NCBI RefSeq assembly: GCF_001194135.2
Contig: NC_068998.1
Span: 36,400,768-36,464,767 of the forward strand
Reading direction: 5' to 3'
DNA: 64,000 nt
Origin: Octopus bimaculoides
Lineage: Eukaryota
Shown here: positions 37,865 to 52,104 of the stretch, in pieces
Layout: each line of letters opens with the position of its first letter
Numbering within the stretch: the stretch's first letter is position 1
The notes under the pieces: generated by a model
Seen by the model: the letters and a program-made list of their open reading frames with translations, nothing else
What the model was told of the DNA's origin: nothing
Databases searched by the model: none
Made by a program: the position numbers and the translations under genes

Positions 37865-38145
37865 TATATATATATATATATATATGTGCGTGTGTGTGCG
37901 TGTGTGTGTGTGTGTGTGTGCCTGTGTATGTTTGTGTGTCTATGTTTGTCACCCCAACATCGCTTGACAACCGATGCTGGTGTGTTTACGTTCCCGTAAC
38001 TTAGCGGTTCGGCAAAAAGAAACCGATAGAATAAGTACTAGGCTTACAAAGAATAAGTCCTGGGGTCGATGTTCTCGACTATAAAGGCGGTGCTCCAGCA
38101 TGGCCGCAGTCATATGACTGAAACAAGTAAAAAAGTAAAAGAGTA
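37865..38145 (+). mobile_element. SINE family B, microsatellite plus 3' half
   Basis: catcgcttgacaaccgatgctggtgtgtttacg...ggcggtgctccagcatggccgcagtc. Confidence 0.88.
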
Positions 38146-38839
38146 CCCCATCAAGATAGATTCCCCTCCACCTTCATTCTTCTGTCGGAGTAGATCGATT
38201 AAAATACCAGTAATACGCAATGATTTCTTTTCAATTGATAGTCATTTCCCATCGATTATGCAATTCGCCTATACATTTCTTATTCTTGTACCAATACAAA
38301 ATAAATCAATATTACTATTAATTCAACTATACACATATATAAATGTATGCAACGAATATATAGTCTTTCACATTTCAAAACTTCCTCATCTCATCTCTCT
38401 TTCCTTTCCTATGTTCTTCTCTCCTTCTCCATAGATTTATGTATTCCATTCCACCATCACCACTACCCACATTCTCTCTTACCCTCCTTTTCTCTCTTCA
38501 TCTATTTGTTTTATACATTTCGTTTCTCTGATGATGTTTTTGTTATCGCTGTTGTTGTTAGTGGGGGGGATGTTGTTTAACCCTACCTTTCTCACACAAA
38601 TCGAACTTCATCCAACAGATCTATGACCATAAAGTATTCCAACCATGAGCATCAATTCTCTTTAGGAATATGTATGGAGCTAGATTATCTAAAACGTTCC
38701 TTCTTGTGTTTTTTAGAAGGTAGTCGGGGATTTAAAGGGCATTCGACTGCTATTTTTAGCTTATCAAATTACTGCGTAGACGGCTTTCCCGTTTGCTTGC
38801 TTTCTCATGTCTACTTCATACACCCTCGCAACTTACTTC

Positions 38840-39310
38840 ACTCTTGCCACCCACTCATTCTGCCACCCACTCCTTCACTCACTTGCCTACGTACTCACTC
38901 ACTCACTCACTCATTCATTCACTCATTCACTCATTCACTCACACTGCTTCTCATTTATTTACACACCCTCTCACTCACTCAGTCAGTGATGCACTCCCTC
39001 CCTTTCGCACTCATGCACTCTCTCCTTCTCTCACTCACTCACTCACTCACTCACTCACTCACTCACTAATTCATGCATTCTCTCACTCACTCACACAGCC
39101 AATCATGCACTCTCTCTCTTTCTCTATCTCTCACTCACTCACCCACACTCTCTCTCATTCCCTCATTAACATACTAACTCACTCACTCGTACACACACAC
39201 CCTCTCTCCTTCCCCCTCCTCTATTCCTCTTCGTTCCTCCCTCTTCGCTCACTCACTCACACACATACACACACACACACTTACCCACCCACCCCCTCCC
39301 TCCTTCACTC
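38840..39310. repeat. Degenerate (CACT/CATT)n low-complexity tract
   Basis: Seen directly; source of the THSLTHS ORFs. Confidence 0.9.
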
Positions 39311-39630
39311 GTTCACATTTACTTTCTTCTCCACTTTCCTTTTTTCTTTCACTATTTTAGCTTACTATCGATCCAATAGGCGTTTCAATATTATTACATA
39401 CACGACTCAATGGCGACTATGTACCCGTTTAGTCTCGTAAAAATTGTTTTATTAGCCAACGTAGCCGCCCACAAGCTGAGAGTGACTGATAGTGACTAAT
39501 CATTTCGTAATAAATGTTTAAACCTATTCGTTAAGCAATGCTGAAACTAACCAGCTTTGAACATTGAGATTTTTATCTTACATTCATAATGGCATACACA
39601 CTTATAGACATGCATCTATCTATCTATCTC

Positions 39631-39666
<36 letters not shown>

Positions 39667-39880
39667 GCCATCGCGTTTTTTCTCTCATTATTCACGCTCT
39701 CTTTACTCATACACACAAACACACAGACGCATGCACACATGCATACATGCACGCACACATACATATGGACGCACGCACACACACACATGCATGCACACAC
39801 AGACACAGACACGCACATACACACATGTATATAATGGCGGTAGCCCAGCATGGCCGCAGCTCTCGAGCTCAAATTAGTTA

Positions 39881-39920
<40 letters not shown>

Positions 39921-39969
39921 CCACACACTCACAGGCACACACACACACACACAAAAATACATATATGTT

Positions 39970-40021
<52 letters not shown>

Positions 40022-41274
40022 TAGATGTGTACATGATATCTGGCTAAATATATGCGTATGCATACATAATTTACATGTTTATACATAACAGATAAATACA
40101 CAAGTATATACATAAAATTTGCAAAGTAATTTCAAGATACTAAATGAAGCGTGATGCACTTTAGATCTATATGTATAGATGTTTTTATTATATATTTTCA
40201 CTACTCACCCCTCCAATCATACACACATGTGCACCCGCATGGACGCACGCACACAAACAACACACGCACCCAGATACACACACACACGTGCACACACACA
40301 TAACTGCTTATCAACCTAGCCACCTATCTATCCAGCCAGCAGACTAACCAGTACGCTAGCCAACCAGACGTTCAGCCAACCAACCAGCAAGTTAGCTGCA
40401 GCGGGAAAGTAAAACAGTAAGAGAAACTAAAATTTACAATCAGGTAGGTAATGCACAGAACAAATTGTTATCGATGCTACAACTCAAATAATTTCAGTAA
40501 AAGCCGATACAACGATTGGCAAAGAATTGTCAATGATGAATGAGGTAACCTCGCCATGTTCCTAATTACAAAATGCAACTAGCAAAAGAGCAACTCAGAA
40601 AAAAATAGAAAAAAATGGCAACCTTAGAGTTTAACCGCCATAGAAACAACCAGCATGTTACCGAGTTAACGATGGTTTATCTATATGTTCACTTGGTCAG
40701 CTAGAAAGAACAGTGACATCTTCCTCAAATCATACCCTGGTTGTCTTTAAACAAAAGAGAGGACTCTCTGGGGAATGAAGTTCTGGATTCACTATATTTG
40801 AATGAATAAAAGATAGGATGGTCACAGCTGGAATGGTTTTGATTATAGGTTTATGCTTAGAGCTTAGAGCTAACCTTGGTGGGTAGACAATAGCAAAAAC
40901 AACAACAAAGACAGAAAGCCTCACTCGAGCGATGTCCCGAGGGAAGTCTATGTGATCGGTAGACTTGCAAGAAATAGCAGTCTTGAAAAAAGGAAGGGCT
41001 CTGTAGAAAATGCAGTCATTGATACATTGTATATGAGTAAAAGACGGAACGGTCATAGTTGGAACATTTTTGATCATAGGTCTACTTGAGAGTTAAGCTG
41101 GGAGTAAATAACAACGAAAATACTTACATGCGTGCGAAGTTACGAAGGAGACTGCAGACGACTGGCCTGCAAGAAATAACAGTTAATTCTCTCTCAGATT
41201 GCATCCTGTCATCTTAGAAAAACGGGACATTGGTTAATGCAGTCCGGAATATACCAAAATGGAAATAAATAGGT

Positions 41275-41432
41275 GCTGGTGTGGTTGTGTGGTATAAAGT
41301 CTGCTTCTAGGTTCTAGGTTCAGTTCCACTGCAGGGTACCTTGGACAAGTGTCCTTTGGTCTCCTACTATATAGCCCGGGCAAACCAAAGCCTTGTGATA
41401 GGATTTGGTACACGGAAACTGAAAGAAACCAA

Positions 41433-41484
<52 letters not shown>

Positions 41485-41695
41485 GTGCCTATCTCCACCA
41501 CCGCTTGACTAACGGCATTGTTGTGTTTACGTCCCTGTAACTTAGCGGTTCGGCACAAGAGACCTATAGAATAAGTGCTAGGCTTGTAAAAGAATGAGTT
41601 CTGAGGTTGGTTCATTCGACAAAAAAATTCTTCAAGGCGTTGCCTCAGCATGACCACAGTCTAATGACTGAAACAAGTTGAAGATAAAAGATAAA
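41275..41695 (+). mobile_element. SINE family B, full length with internal (TG)n
   Basis: Head, ccttggacaagtgtc, (TG)n, ttagcggttcggc and tail gactgaaacaag. Confidence 0.85.
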
Positions 41696-42361
41696 ACAAA
41701 ACAAAGAATGGTTACTTGTGGAATGTTTTGATCATAGGTATACTTGCAGAAAGATGACCTGGGGTTAAATAACAACACCAATAATAGCCAGCAGATGAGC
41801 TAATAAGTTTTTTTTCTGTGCTAGAGATAGCAACGAAATTTCGATCAAAACACTCGGCATGAACTTTAAAATAGAAGGTACATAAAACAATTCTATATTT
41901 GAAAAAAAGACATGATGGTCATGTTTGGAATAGTTTTGAACATTGGTCTGGTGTACAAATCTCGACTGGTATAAACAAAGACAAGATCAAGGGAAGCAGT
42001 AGCAGCAGCAGCAGCAGCAATAACGACAACACCAGCCAACACAAACGAAGATGCAGGCCAACTGCATGTTAGAAGTTGTAGGTCAAGTTATAATTGACGA
42101 TAAAACCAGACAAAACTGCTCATTACATACAAAAATGCCCCGCTTCAAAATAAATAAATAAGTGAATAAATAAATAACATAATCGCTATTTTAAGGTATC
42201 GGGGTTGAAATTTCCAAAATGAATCTACGAACATCGTAGACAAGTAAAGTTGAGATGACCATGATTGAAACAACTTTAAATTAAGGTCTTGCTTCATCAG
42301 AGCTGAGCTGAGCCGTAGAATAACATTTGATGTTGTTGTTATTATTGTTCTTCTCCTCCTC

Positions 42362-42362
42362 C

Positions 42363-42438
<76 letters not shown>

Positions 42439-42498
42439 NNNNNNNNNNNNNNNNNNNNNNNNNNNNNNNNNNNNNNNNNNNNNNNNNNNNNNNNNNNN

Positions 42499-42559
<61 letters not shown>

Positions 42560-42582
42560 ATAATAATAATAATAATAATAAT
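42362..42582. repeat. (CTA)n-(ATA)n microsatellite with N gap
   Basis: Seen directly. Confidence 0.95.
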
Positions 42583-42879
42583 ATTTTCTACTAAAGGGAC
42601 AAGGCCTGAAATTTTCGGGGAAGGGACTAGTCGATGTTTCACTGTTACTTAATTTATCGACCTCAAAAGTATGAGAGGCAATAATAATAACCAACAAACC
42701 AATCAGAGAGGCTCTATGCGGTCAATCGAACTGCTGAAAATTGCAGCCAAATCTCAATCAAATTACACTATCTTTTTCTTTCTTAACATATAAACACTTG
42801 GGCTTTTTCACTGGAAGTATCTCCATTCACTGATACCTTTACTCTCATCAACCCGTTGCGAATGGTCTGAAACTGAACA

Positions 42880-43092
42880 TTATTTTCTACTCTAGGCACA
42901 AAGCTTGACATTTTGTGGGAGGTTGCCAGTCGATTAGATCGATTAGATCGACCCAGTACGCAACTGGTACTTAATTTATCGACGTCGAAAGGCAAAGTCG
43001 ACCTGAGCGGAATTTTAACTCAGAACGTAAAGATAGACGAAATATCGCTGAGCATTTCGCCCAATATGCTAACGTTTCTGCCAGCTCGCTGC
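42880..43092 (-). mobile_element. SINE family A
   Basis: gacccagtacgcaactggtacttaatttatcgac...aaaggcaaagtcgacc...aactcagaacgtaaag. Confidence 0.85.
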
Positions 43093-43996
43093 CTTGGTTT
43101 GAAATTGAATATTAATTAACTGTATTAGTTCTACTAGTTTCAAAAAGCTTGCTAAAGATTATAGAATGGAATGAAAAAATGTATTTGTTTCTCGTAAAAC
43201 CTAACGTTGCTGAAACGGAATCGTTATTGCTCAAATAGAGGACAAAAGGACACTTTTATATCAAACTGTATAACTCAAAATACTTATTTGTTGATGTATG
43301 TTTAGCAGGAACAGCATGCGGAAAATTGCCTTACACGTTTATGGAACATATAGATTAGTTAATTCCACAACACAATATATATTTAGCCTAAATCAAAATT
43401 AATTGGTGATGACAGAACCATTCATTCTCTCCTGTAATTACAGCTGCAAAATTATTTTGGAAGAAAATTAATTCTTCGATGTATTGAAATAATCAATTTG
43501 TATAATGTTCTACAGCATGTTACTTAAATTCTATCGACAATATATTACTAAATTTACACCAGCGAAGGGAATCTGCTTCCTTCATGCACATAATTCCTAA
43601 GACACACATTTTATTTCTGCCTCTCAGCCAAAAGGCCAAAGCCGGAAACATTTTTGCATGTTTTTTTTCTCATAGTAATTGAATGTATGATTCACTCTCA
43701 GAATAGTCTTGTCAATTCTTCACAGATATCTCCCTTCTGTGCAGCCAGTCTTCACTCTCTATACTAAACTCTACTATGTACAACCCTAATCCTTGACAAC
43801 GATCACTTCCTTCTTTAAATTCTAACTCTTCCTTCCGCGCTCTATAGTCTCTCTCTCCTCTCCCAATTTAATCTTTGTACAATCTCTCTGTGCTCTCTGA
43901 TCTCTCTAATCTACTTCACCCGTTCTGCATCCACTCTCTCCTCTTTCTACCATTCTTCTCTCTGTACAGACACTCGCCTTTCTTTACAATCAATTT

Positions 43997-44618
43997 GTGT
44001 GTTGGCACTCCGTCGCTTACGACGTCGAGGGTTCCAGTTGATCCGATCAACGGAACAGCCTGCTCGTGAAATTAACGTGCATGTGGCTGAGAACTCCACA
44101 GACACGTGTACCCTTAACGTAGTTCTCGGGGATATACAGCGTGACACAGTGTGACAAGGCTGACCCTTTGAATTACGGGCACAACAGAAACAGGAAGTAA
44201 GAGTGAGAGAAAGTTGTGGTGAAAGAGTACAGCAGAGTTCGCCACCATCCCCTGCCAGAGCATCGTGGAACTTTAGGTGTTTTCNNNNNNNNNNNNNNNN
44301 NNNNNNNNNNNNNNNNNNNNNNNNNNNNNNNNNNNNNNNNNNNNNNNNNNNNNNNNNNNNNNNNNNNNNNNNNNNNNNNNNNNNNNNNNNNNNNNNNNNN
44401 NNNNNNNNNNNNNNNNNNNNNNNNNNNNNNNNNNNNNNNNNNNNNNNNNNNNNNNNNNNNNNNNNNNNNNNNNNNNNNNNNNNNNNNNNNNNNNNNNNNN
44501 NNNNNNNNNNNNNNNNNNNNNNNNNNNNNNNNNNNNNNNNNNNNNNNNNNNNNNNNNNNNNNNNCGATCCTATGACCGCGAGTCCGCTGCCCTAACCACT
44601 GGGCCATTGCACCTACAC
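43997..44618 (-). mobile_element. SINE family C, full length (gap inside), with 11-bp TSD
   Basis: tRNA-like head gtaggtgcaatggcccagtggttagggcagcggactcgcggtcataggatcg on the minus strand; TSD acaatcaattt at 43986-43996 and 44619-44629. Probably one of the described octopus OK/OR-type SINEs (not verified). Confidence 0.92.
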
Positions 44619-44689
44619 ACAATCAATTTATTTTATAGTCATTCTTCCTCTCTGCAATCCCTCTTCTTCTCTACAGTGAATCTTTTATC

Positions 44690-45085
44690 TTTTACATGTA
44701 TCAGTCATTTGACTGAGGCCATGCTAGGGCACCACCTTGAAGATTTTTTTTTTGTCGAATGAACCGACCTCAGTACTTATTCTATCGCTTCTCTATTGCC
44801 GAACTGCTAAGTTACGGGGATGTAAACACTCCAACACCGGTTGTCAGCAGTGGTGACGGGGGGAACAAACACAGACACAAAGACACACACACATACATAC
44901 ATACATACATACATACATACATACATACACACACACACAAATACACACACATATATGTCTGTGTGTGCGTGTATTGACATATATACAACGGACTCCAGTC
45001 GTATATATTCCCTCGCAAATTCCCTCGCAAGGTTTTGGTTGGCCTGAGGCTATAGTGGAAGACACTTGCCCAAAAAACATCACCT
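44690..45085 (-). mobile_element. SINE family B with internal (TACA)n
   Basis: gccgaactgctaagttacggggatgtaaacac...gaggctatagtggaagacacttgcccaa. Confidence 0.85.
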
Positions 45086-45273
45086 TGTAAACGAAGGATG
45101 TGCTATGGAACCAACAACGAAAGAACATCTATGTGGTCGCCCGACTGGCTGGAAACCGGTATGTCTCTCTCAAATTACACCCGACCGTCTTATACAACAT
45201 ATTTATACAACATATTATCTAACATCTCTGCTCCCAAAACAACAGTTTTCTTTCTTTCTTTTTCTTTGTTTCA

Positions 45274-45293
45274 TCATGATCATCATCATCATG

Positions 45294-45344
<51 letters not shown>

Positions 45345-45470
45345 TTCTTCTTCTTCTCCTTCTTCTTCTTCTTCTTCTTCTTCTTCTTCTTCTTCTTCTT
45401 CTTCTTCTTCTTCTTCTTCTTCTTCTTCTTCTCCTTCCCCTCCTCCTTTTTCTTCTTCTCTTCCTCCTCC
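45274..45470. repeat. Compound (CAT)n-(CTT)n microsatellite
   Basis: Seen directly. Confidence 0.95.
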
Positions 45471-45844
45471 TTGATTTTTTTTACGTCACTTGTCTCACCA
45501 GTATCTTTCTTTTTTATATGCACAAACAACATATACAACAATGGCAAAATATACAACTATGATGCGCGCGCAATTCGATGCCCACATCAGATAATTGTTA
45601 AGGAATCAATTTGAGGCGAGAGATTGACAGAGATCTGTTAAAGTTACCAGAAGCCACACTGCATCAAGTGGATAGTTCTTGTGGTTAGATAGCATCACAG
45701 TTCGGTAGTGAGACCGTTTTCTCTTGCTCAACTTCTCCACATCTTTTTCTCCAATATGATCATGTATCGAGATGGATTCAGCAAAATTTTCCAGATCCAT
45801 GAAAGATAATGTTAATGTGAGAATCCCCAAAATAAAACAATGGT

Positions 45845-45916
<72 letters not shown>

Positions 45917-46944
45917 GCACACACAATTGCAAGCAAATTGTAATATAAGTGTTGTAAAGTATACACAATATGCAAGCCATATGTAACATAGAAATCGATT
46001 TATTGGTAGAGTGGAAATTATGTTCATTGTATCCAAATATGATAGTACACCCTGAGCATTTGCTCTTGGCTGTTTTCACATCAGTGTTTAAGAAAATAAA
46101 ATAATTTGCAGTAGTTATATGATGAGGGGACGTTAAAGATGTGCGCTGGTTCGTGAAGTCAGTAGTAGTTCTAATTCAAAGTATGCTGAGTTTTGATTTC
46201 GAATCAAGAATACATTTAACCTCACTGACTGACCAATCACCTCTAATGTCCACACAATGGTCATATAAATGTTGCAGATTCCTTTGGTCCTATACAACAG
46301 TTGTAAGCATCCAAGACTGAAATACGAAACAGATAGTCCTATCTTTATACAATGTGCGCGTGTGCGTGTGTGTATCGTGTGTGTATTACATATCTATACA
46401 TATACATACATACTATACATCCGTCCGTCCGTCCATCCATCCATCCATCCATCCCTCCACACCTACACACACACACACACACACATACACACTCACACAC
46501 AATTTTATTGTAAAATTGAAAGTTATAAACACTTATATCACACACCATAACACAAATATGTGTAGAATAATATTCATTGACAAATTGTCCATTCCTTATT
46601 GAATTCACCACATAAATTGACGATAAATAACAGAAGTAAATCTTGCATCAGAACACAAATCTAAATTTAACACAAGCAACATACGTACGTCAAAATTGGT
46701 TAAGCTCATAACTGATGGCGTTTTAACCAACGGCCAAACTACTTGTCTGATAGCATTCAACTCAATCAGTAAAATTCTGGAGGCAGGGCCTGCGTAAATA
46801 AGAGTCCCTCACTATTAAAGAGACGCTATAGAAGCCAATGCCACTTCGGTTGGACGGTGTATGTGACTGAAAGAGTCATCCTTATCATACGCTATAACAC
46901 TGATTCTGCTTTATAATTACATTAAAGTAACCATGAATCTTTCT

Positions 46945-47250
46945 CTTGTTTCAGTGACTGGACAGCGGCCTTGCTAGAGCATCGCCTTGGCGGCTTAGTT
47001 GAACAAATCAGTCCCATTCCTTATTTCGAAATCGGGCACTTAGTCTATTGGTCTCTTTTGCAGAACTGCTAAGTTACGGAGATGTAAATAAACTAACACC
47101 CATGGTGGAAGGAACAAAATCAAACACACACATGCACGGCGGACTTCTACGCAGTTTCCGTCCGACAACAATCTATAGTATAAAAGAAATTTGCTCAAAG
47201 TGCCATGCAGAACGATTGAACTTGAATCCACGAAATTGTTAAGTGAGCTT
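46945..47250 (-). mobile_element. SINE family B, diverged, lacking the internal microsatellite
   Basis: tttcagtgactggacagcggcc, gaactgctaagttacgg and tgctcaaagtgccatgcag motifs. Confidence 0.65.
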
Positions 47251-47509
47251 CTTAACTACACAGCAATGCTTGCGTTTATGAATGTGGAATACTCAACCGC
47301 TCACACTATGATTCGACGTGGCAGGAGTTGAGTTGATTTAGCAACAGAATAGTCATCGTCGAAGCCGACAGAGGACCCAGTTACTTGATTGTTACTTTCA
47401 TATATCTAATTCCCTCACCATACAAAGAAAGATTATTAATAAGATGCGGGCGTGCACACAAATATATTCTATATACTTATATTTAGTCATATTTAAACGT
47501 GTATAGATA

Positions 47510-48228
47510 CAGGTTAGCTGTGTGATAAAAAGTATGCTTCCTAACTACATGGTTCCGGGTTCAGTCCCACTGCGTGGAACCTTGGGAAAATGTCTTCTAC
47601 TATAGCCGCTGACCAAAGCCTTGTGAGTGGACTTGGTAGACATGCACTTGGTAGACTGGCAAGGTTGCCAGCTTGCTCGATGGCAAGTGGGTCCCTCCGC
47701 CATTAGAATCCATATATGGGGACCCATAAGGGGTCCATCCCTTCAAGTTTGAAAATTTGAGAATTTTTTATTCACTCCTGGAAGAATGCTTTAATTATTT
47801 CAGCCTGGCTGTGTTTGAAAAGAATACTTTTAACATAAAAAAAATAAATAAATTATAGCATTGTAGTTGCGGGTGGGCCCCGTTAATCTCCTGGCAACCA
47901 ATATTTTTAGATCCAGTCCACCACTGTACATACATACATACATACATATACATATATATTTGTGTGTGTGTGTGCATGTGTGTGTATGTATGTGTGTATG
48001 TGTGTGCGGTGCGTGTGTCTTTGTGCTTGTGTTTGTCCCCCACCACAACCGGTGTTGGCGTGTTTATGTCCTTGTAACCTAGATGCTCGGAAAGAGGGAC
48101 CGATAGGATAAGTACCAGGCTTAAAAAAGAAAATAAATACTGGGGTCGATTAGTTCGACTAAAATTCCTCCAGGCAGTGCTCCAGCATGACCGTAGTCTA
48201 ATGACTGAAACAAAAGATAAAAGATTCA
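47510..48228 (+). mobile_element. SINE family B with ~280-bp foreign insert (about 47646-47926)
   Basis: Head 47510-47640 and 3' half 48020-48228. The insert ends in ccagtccaccactg (CAGTGGTGGACTGG on minus, hAT-like), with a degenerate counterpart at its left end. Confidence 0.75.
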
Positions 48229-48300
48229 CTACATTGTATAAATACAACTACGCATACATGCCTGTCTGTCTGTCTATCTATTTGTCTATCTATCTATCTG

Positions 48301-48352
<52 letters not shown>

Positions 48353-50049
48353 CCTACCCGCTCTCTCGATATATACGTTTGTGCGTGTGCATGCGTATAT
48401 ACGAGTATGTTTGTGTGTGTGTGTGTGTGTGTGAGTGAGACAGAGAGGTTATGTTTGAATTTCAAGTTTATGTGTTTCCTTATATAATCTCTGAGAAATT
48501 TTAGGCTCCTCTGATCATAATTCACAAGAATATCGAAATAATGTCGACGGAAGTTCACAGGCTTATTCCTGCTTTGATCTATTGCTAACACAGACGAGTA
48601 TCTCATGCTGATTTGGAACGGTGAATGGAGAGTTGGCTGACGTTTTTATTGGTTGATTCGCTGGTTGGTTGAAGGATCAAATCGAAGCTCGTATGATCGC
48701 GTAATAAGCAACTTTCGTTATTTAACATTAACAAGTATAACTGAAGGTTATCCAACCAAATTAGGAGACAAAAAAGAACTTCCTCTAAGACGTTTTACAA
48801 ATTTAAAAGAAACAATCAAGGAAAGTAATTGAAATAAGAACAGCCGATAGAAATGTTTGCACAATATGGACAAAAGTGATTACAAAAGATTATAATAAAC
48901 CCTTCGATTTTATCAGCTTTCCTCAGCGAAGAGTATTTTAATCAGATGGGAAGACTAATAATGATCAAGGCACATAGAAACAGAAGAACTGTATTGACTA
49001 TTGATACTAGAGTGACGATTTTAAAATCGTAGTAAAAGATAAAAGATACAACTAAATATTTTGAAAATACATCATGTCTCGTGGTTACCCTTTTTTGCGA
49101 GTGGTATGTCTTAAGTGTATGCTTATAAAACATTGTACTGTGCTTTTAGTGTTGATTCCATCGTTAATCGTATTTTTTTGAGGGAATACTGAATGGAATA
49201 CATGTATCATTGTCTGTTTTCCTGTCTAGGTTTCATCTTGTGAATTAATGCGCCTCGTCTTTGGCAGGAGTACATAGTGAGTTATGCGAAGATTGACGCA
49301 TACGTTTGGTTGATAAAGCAGTTAGAGTCTTGAAGTTTACAACTTTCGCATTTGCAAATCAAATCCGTTGTTGTTCTGTTCCATTTCAGGCTTGTTTGAA
49401 TAGAGCTATGATCAAAAGTGTTACAGTCTCAACTTCCTCGTATTTTTAGGGCATACCTACAATATATTTACCAATGTCCTTCACTTTTTAGTGACTCTAG
49501 AAGGCTTTTGAAAGACGGATGACAACTATTTCTAGCCGGTTGAGAGGCTGCAAAAAAGGTATCCTCCATCACATGGCCTGGTTTCAAGTATACGGACGTG
49601 ATTGTCGCCGATAAGAAGGTTTTCAATGTTAGTGTTTTCATAGAATATGAGTAGTGTTAGATTGTTGTTAGCTGTAGTACAATCTTTTTTTCAACTGGAA
49701 AATATCAAACTTACTCCAGCCCAAAATATGTAGAAGTTCTCCTCTCTTTGATAATAAGAAGTCAAAATAGATTTGCATTCATATAAGTCTTCTCCACGTT
49801 GATAGAAAAACTTCAAAGACTCGAAAAACATTTTAATTTTATTTACGAAGGCAATGTTTCATTTTACTTTTCATTCCTCACAGCGTCTGTTATGAAAAGA
49901 CATTGATATAATGCATTTTATATTCAGTTATATAAGATTTTGAAATGTATTTATCTATTCTAAAGTTAGTATGCATTTAATTCATGGAATACACTTAATG
50001 TAGAGCCTATGTAATTTGAATAGGTGTCATGTTTATCTTCTATCCTTTA

Positions 50050-50305
50050 ATTGATTCGGTTACTGGACGTCGGCCAAACTGGAGCACCACCACAAAGTGC
50101 TTCGTCGTACGAATACGACACCAGTATTTACTTTTTAAAGTCTGGTAGTTATTCTATCGGTCTTTTGTGCCGAGCAGTAACTTCAAGAGGACATAAACAA
50201 ACCAATGTTAAATTTCAAGCAGTAGAGAAAACACATACACGCACACGCACACGCGCGCACACACACACACATACAGACGCACATGCAAATATACATAAAT
50301 ACACT

Positions 50306-50361
<56 letters not shown>

Positions 50362-50910
50362 CATATATTAGGGTGTTATAAAAACCTACATTGCTAGAAA
50401 TAAGAGCTAAGATGCTCTAATGAATATATACATATGTACAGACTGGGACTACAGTTGTCCTATATATATNNNNNNNNNNNNNNNNNNNNNNNNNNNNNNN
50501 NNNNNNNNNNNNNNNNNNNNNNNNNNNNNNNNNNNNNNNNNNNNNNNNNNNNNNNNNNNNNNNNNNNNNNNNNNNNNNNNNNNNNNNNNNNNNNNNNNNN
50601 NNNNNNNNNNNNNNNNNNNNNNNNNNNNNNNNNNNNNNNNNNNNNNNNNNNNNNNNNNNNNNNNNNNNNNNNNNNNNNNNNNCACACACACACACATATA
50701 TATATACATATATACATGTAAATATATAGATGTATAGATATGTATGTGTGTATGTGTGTGTATTGGTGTATGATACGCTTCCACACACTTTCAGTTCATC
50801 AAATTCAATCACAAATTTGCTCAAGGCTATGGTAGAAGATACTTGCCGAAGGGTCCACTTAGTGGGACTGAACATGAAAGTATGTTGTTGCCAAACAAGT
50901 TTCTTCACCT
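50050..50910 (-). mobile_element. SINE family B halves separated by expanded microsatellites and an N gap
   Basis: 3' half 50050-50230; head 50790-50910 (aaggctatggtagaagatacttgcc). Confidence 0.65.
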
Positions 50911-50991
50911 CACAGCCATATCTGTTCGATGTACTTATTTCGTATTCATGACGAAAGCAACATAGTACAAAAAGTGTTAAAATAAACACAC

Positions 50992-51043
<52 letters not shown>

Positions 51044-51076
51044 AACACACACACACGCATATATACATATATATAA

Positions 51077-51212
51077 CTGGCACTCCGTCCAGTTGATCAG
51101 ATGATCGGGACAGCCTGCTCGGGAAATAAAGTGTCATGTACAAGGACACAAGGTGCACCGCTGGGAATCGAACTCACGACCTTACGAACGTGAGCCGATT
51201 ACCCTAACCCTG
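51077..51212 (-). mobile_element. Short internally deleted SINE family C copy
   Basis: ggcactccgtc...gatcgggacagcctgctcg joined to ctgggaatcgaactcacgacc...taacc. Confidence 0.7.
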
Positions 51213-51509
51213 TGTATGTGTGTATGCATACACATACACACACAATGAGTGAGGGTGGGGGGTCAAACTGTTATAAATATCCTACACAAATTGGGACATG
51301 GCAAAATAAAAATGAAAAGAAAATCCACCATCCATTTTACATAACAGTTAATTCCAAACTTTTATTGCATTTAAATTATTTCAAAATACATTATTAGATA
51401 ATCCAAAATATCTTATGATACCCAGAATGTATTACAACAATGAAATAATACCAAGATGAATCGTTAACATAACGATTACACATATATTTGCAATATTAAA
51501 CATATTTTA

Positions 51510-51762
51510 AGGGCGGCGAGCTGGCAGAACCATTAGGTCTCCTCAGCGAAGCCTATTTTAATGAGATGGGCAGACTAACAATGGTGAATGCACATAGAAA
51601 CATTTCAACCGTATTTACGTTCTGAATTCAAATTCCGCCGTGGTCGACATTGCCTTTCATGCGTTCGGGGTCGGTAAAATAAGTTCCAGATGAGCACTGA
51701 CGTCGACGTAATCGACCTACCCCGTCACCTAAATTTCTGGCCTTGTGCCAAAATTTGAAGCC
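51510..51762 (+). mobile_element. SINE family A
   Basis: gggcggcgagctggcagaacc head, ttcaaattccgccgtggtcgac core, ggccttgtgccaaaatttgaa tail. Confidence 0.85.
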
Positions 51763-51977
51763 AACATTACATGTATATTCCGTTTATAAAGAAAATGCAA
51801 CTCGGTATGTTACATAAAGTCAGTTTTATTGTCGGATTTAGATTCTACAGCTTTAAAGAGCGTTACCTAAAGTTTCCTAAGCCAAGGCAATCTTGAAATG
51901 GAGCTGGTTGATGGAGGTTTTTCCACTTTTATGAGTCATTGTGTTACCAACTTCTAGTTGATTACATCCGGAAAGGC

Positions 51978-52104
51978 GAGCACTGAACTCTCAGAATGAC
52001 GGTGAGCAATGGACTCTCAGATTGACGGCGAGCAATGAACTCTTAGAATGACGGCGAGCAATGAACTCTCGGAATGACGACGAGCAATGAACTCTCGGAA
52101 TGAC
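51978..52104. repeat. Minisatellite, 26-bp unit (gagcaatgaactctcagaatgacggc), ~5 copies
   Basis: Units start at 51978, 52004, 52030, 52056 and 52082. Confidence 0.92.

Noticed and set aside
38793-39440. 215-aa ORF rich in T/H/S/L
   Set aside because: Translation of a degenerate (CACT)n tract; no domain.
44285-44564. Large insertion inside the SINE C copy
   Set aside because: It is an N gap whose size is only an estimate; nothing can be inferred about its content.
45066-45614. Poly-I/F/H/L ORFs resembling membrane or His-rich proteins
   Set aside because: (CAT)n(CTT)n microsatellite translations.
47646-47926. hAT MITE with defined TIRs
   Set aside because: Only one end fits CAGTGGTGGACTGG well and no 8-bp TSD was found; noted only as an insert.
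51978-52104. CRISPR-like array (also considered for 2955-3570)
   Set aside because: Units are contiguous with no unique spacers, there are no cas genes, and the context is eukaryotic.
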